Assembly (NCBI GenBank): GCA_963754945.1
Contig: CAVWIG010000028.1
Location: 177,889 to 201,888 of the forward strand
Direction: 5' to 3'
DNA: 24,000 nucleotides
Source: Methanotrichaceae archaeon
Lineage (GTDB): Archaea; Halobacteriota; Methanosarcinia; Methanotrichales; Methanotrichaceae
Numbering within the stretch: position 1 is the stretch's first letter; each line of letters opens with the position of its first letter. The notes beneath the pieces were generated by a model. It was given only the letters and a program-made list of their open reading frames with translations. It did no database searches and was not told where the DNA came from. Position numbers and translations under genes: made by a program. Positions 23,750 through 24,000 of this stretch are shown one piece after another.

Positions 23750-24000
23750 ATGCCCGAGTTGATCCTGCTCAGACACGGCCAGAGCCTGTGGAACCGAGAG
23801 GAAAGGTTCACGGGCTGGGCCGACATCGACCTTTCCGATGAGGGCAAGGAAGAGGCCAGGCACGCCGGCAGGTTGCTCAAAACCTGCGGATACTCCTTCG
23901 ATTTGGCCTACACCTCTTTTCTCAAACGTGCAATCAGGACTCTGTGGATAGTCCAGGAAGAGATGGACTTGATGTGGATTCCCGTCTTTCCCTCCTGGCG
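23750..24000 (+). CDS. gpmA: 2,3-bisphosphoglycerate-dependent phosphoglycerate mutase (partial, continues past the window end)
   Basis: Absent from the ORF track because it is open at the window end. ATG 23750 has GAGG 5 nt upstream. My translation is [79 protein letters not shown].... It shows the RHG(Q/E)SxWN catalytic-His motif and is close to bacterial GpmA throughout. Confidence 0.88.
   Translation, partial: MPELILLRHGQSLWNREERFTGWADIDLSDEGKEEARHAGRLLKTCGYSFDLAYTSFLKRAIRTLWIVQEEMDLMWIPVFPSW

Overview
This window looks like a chromosomal segment of a euryarchaeon, probably of the Methanosarcinales type. The evidence is ribosomal protein S8e, a radical-SAM/GNAT Elp3, a Tfx regulator, two DUF1699-like paralogs, deoxyhypusine synthase, and BRE/TATA-like promoter blocks. 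No database search was possible, so all family calls come from motif recognition.

Most of the window is housekeeping or metabolic: hisG, speA divergent from dys, a pfkB / class I aldolase / gpmA cluster, a PaaI thioesterase, a nitroreductase, a metallophosphoesterase, a geranylgeranyl-reductase-like flavoprotein, tRNA-Arg(CCU) and tRNA-His(GUG). Two genes run off the window edges and are absent from the ORF track. They are a papain-like C1 peptidase (1..1299, minus strand) and gpmA (23750..24000, plus strand).

The most unusual signal is in the 'empty' spacer at about 21.1-21.7 kb. It holds three tandem minus-strand units. Each has its own BRE/TATA-like block, then a spacer of 22-24 nt, then a conserved hairpin. 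Two of the three loops and all three 3' tails carry CCUCC (anti-Shine-Dalgarno) motifs (the third loop has CCUUCU), and each unit ends in a U-run. I read these as a small family of uncharacterised sRNA genes that may mask ribosome-binding sites.

Other points worth a second look:
- An array of pentapeptide-repeat / 2-TM pore-like membrane proteins beside tRNA-Arg: one intact copy, one multiply frameshifted copy and one C-terminal remnant.
- A strongly AT-rich islet (about 1.3-4.0 kb) encoding secreted or membrane proteins, which abuts a truncated UPF0282-type metallo-beta-lactamase-fold gene.
- A tRNA-His gene that does not encode G-1.

I found no CRISPR array, transposase, integrase or recognisable defence genes.
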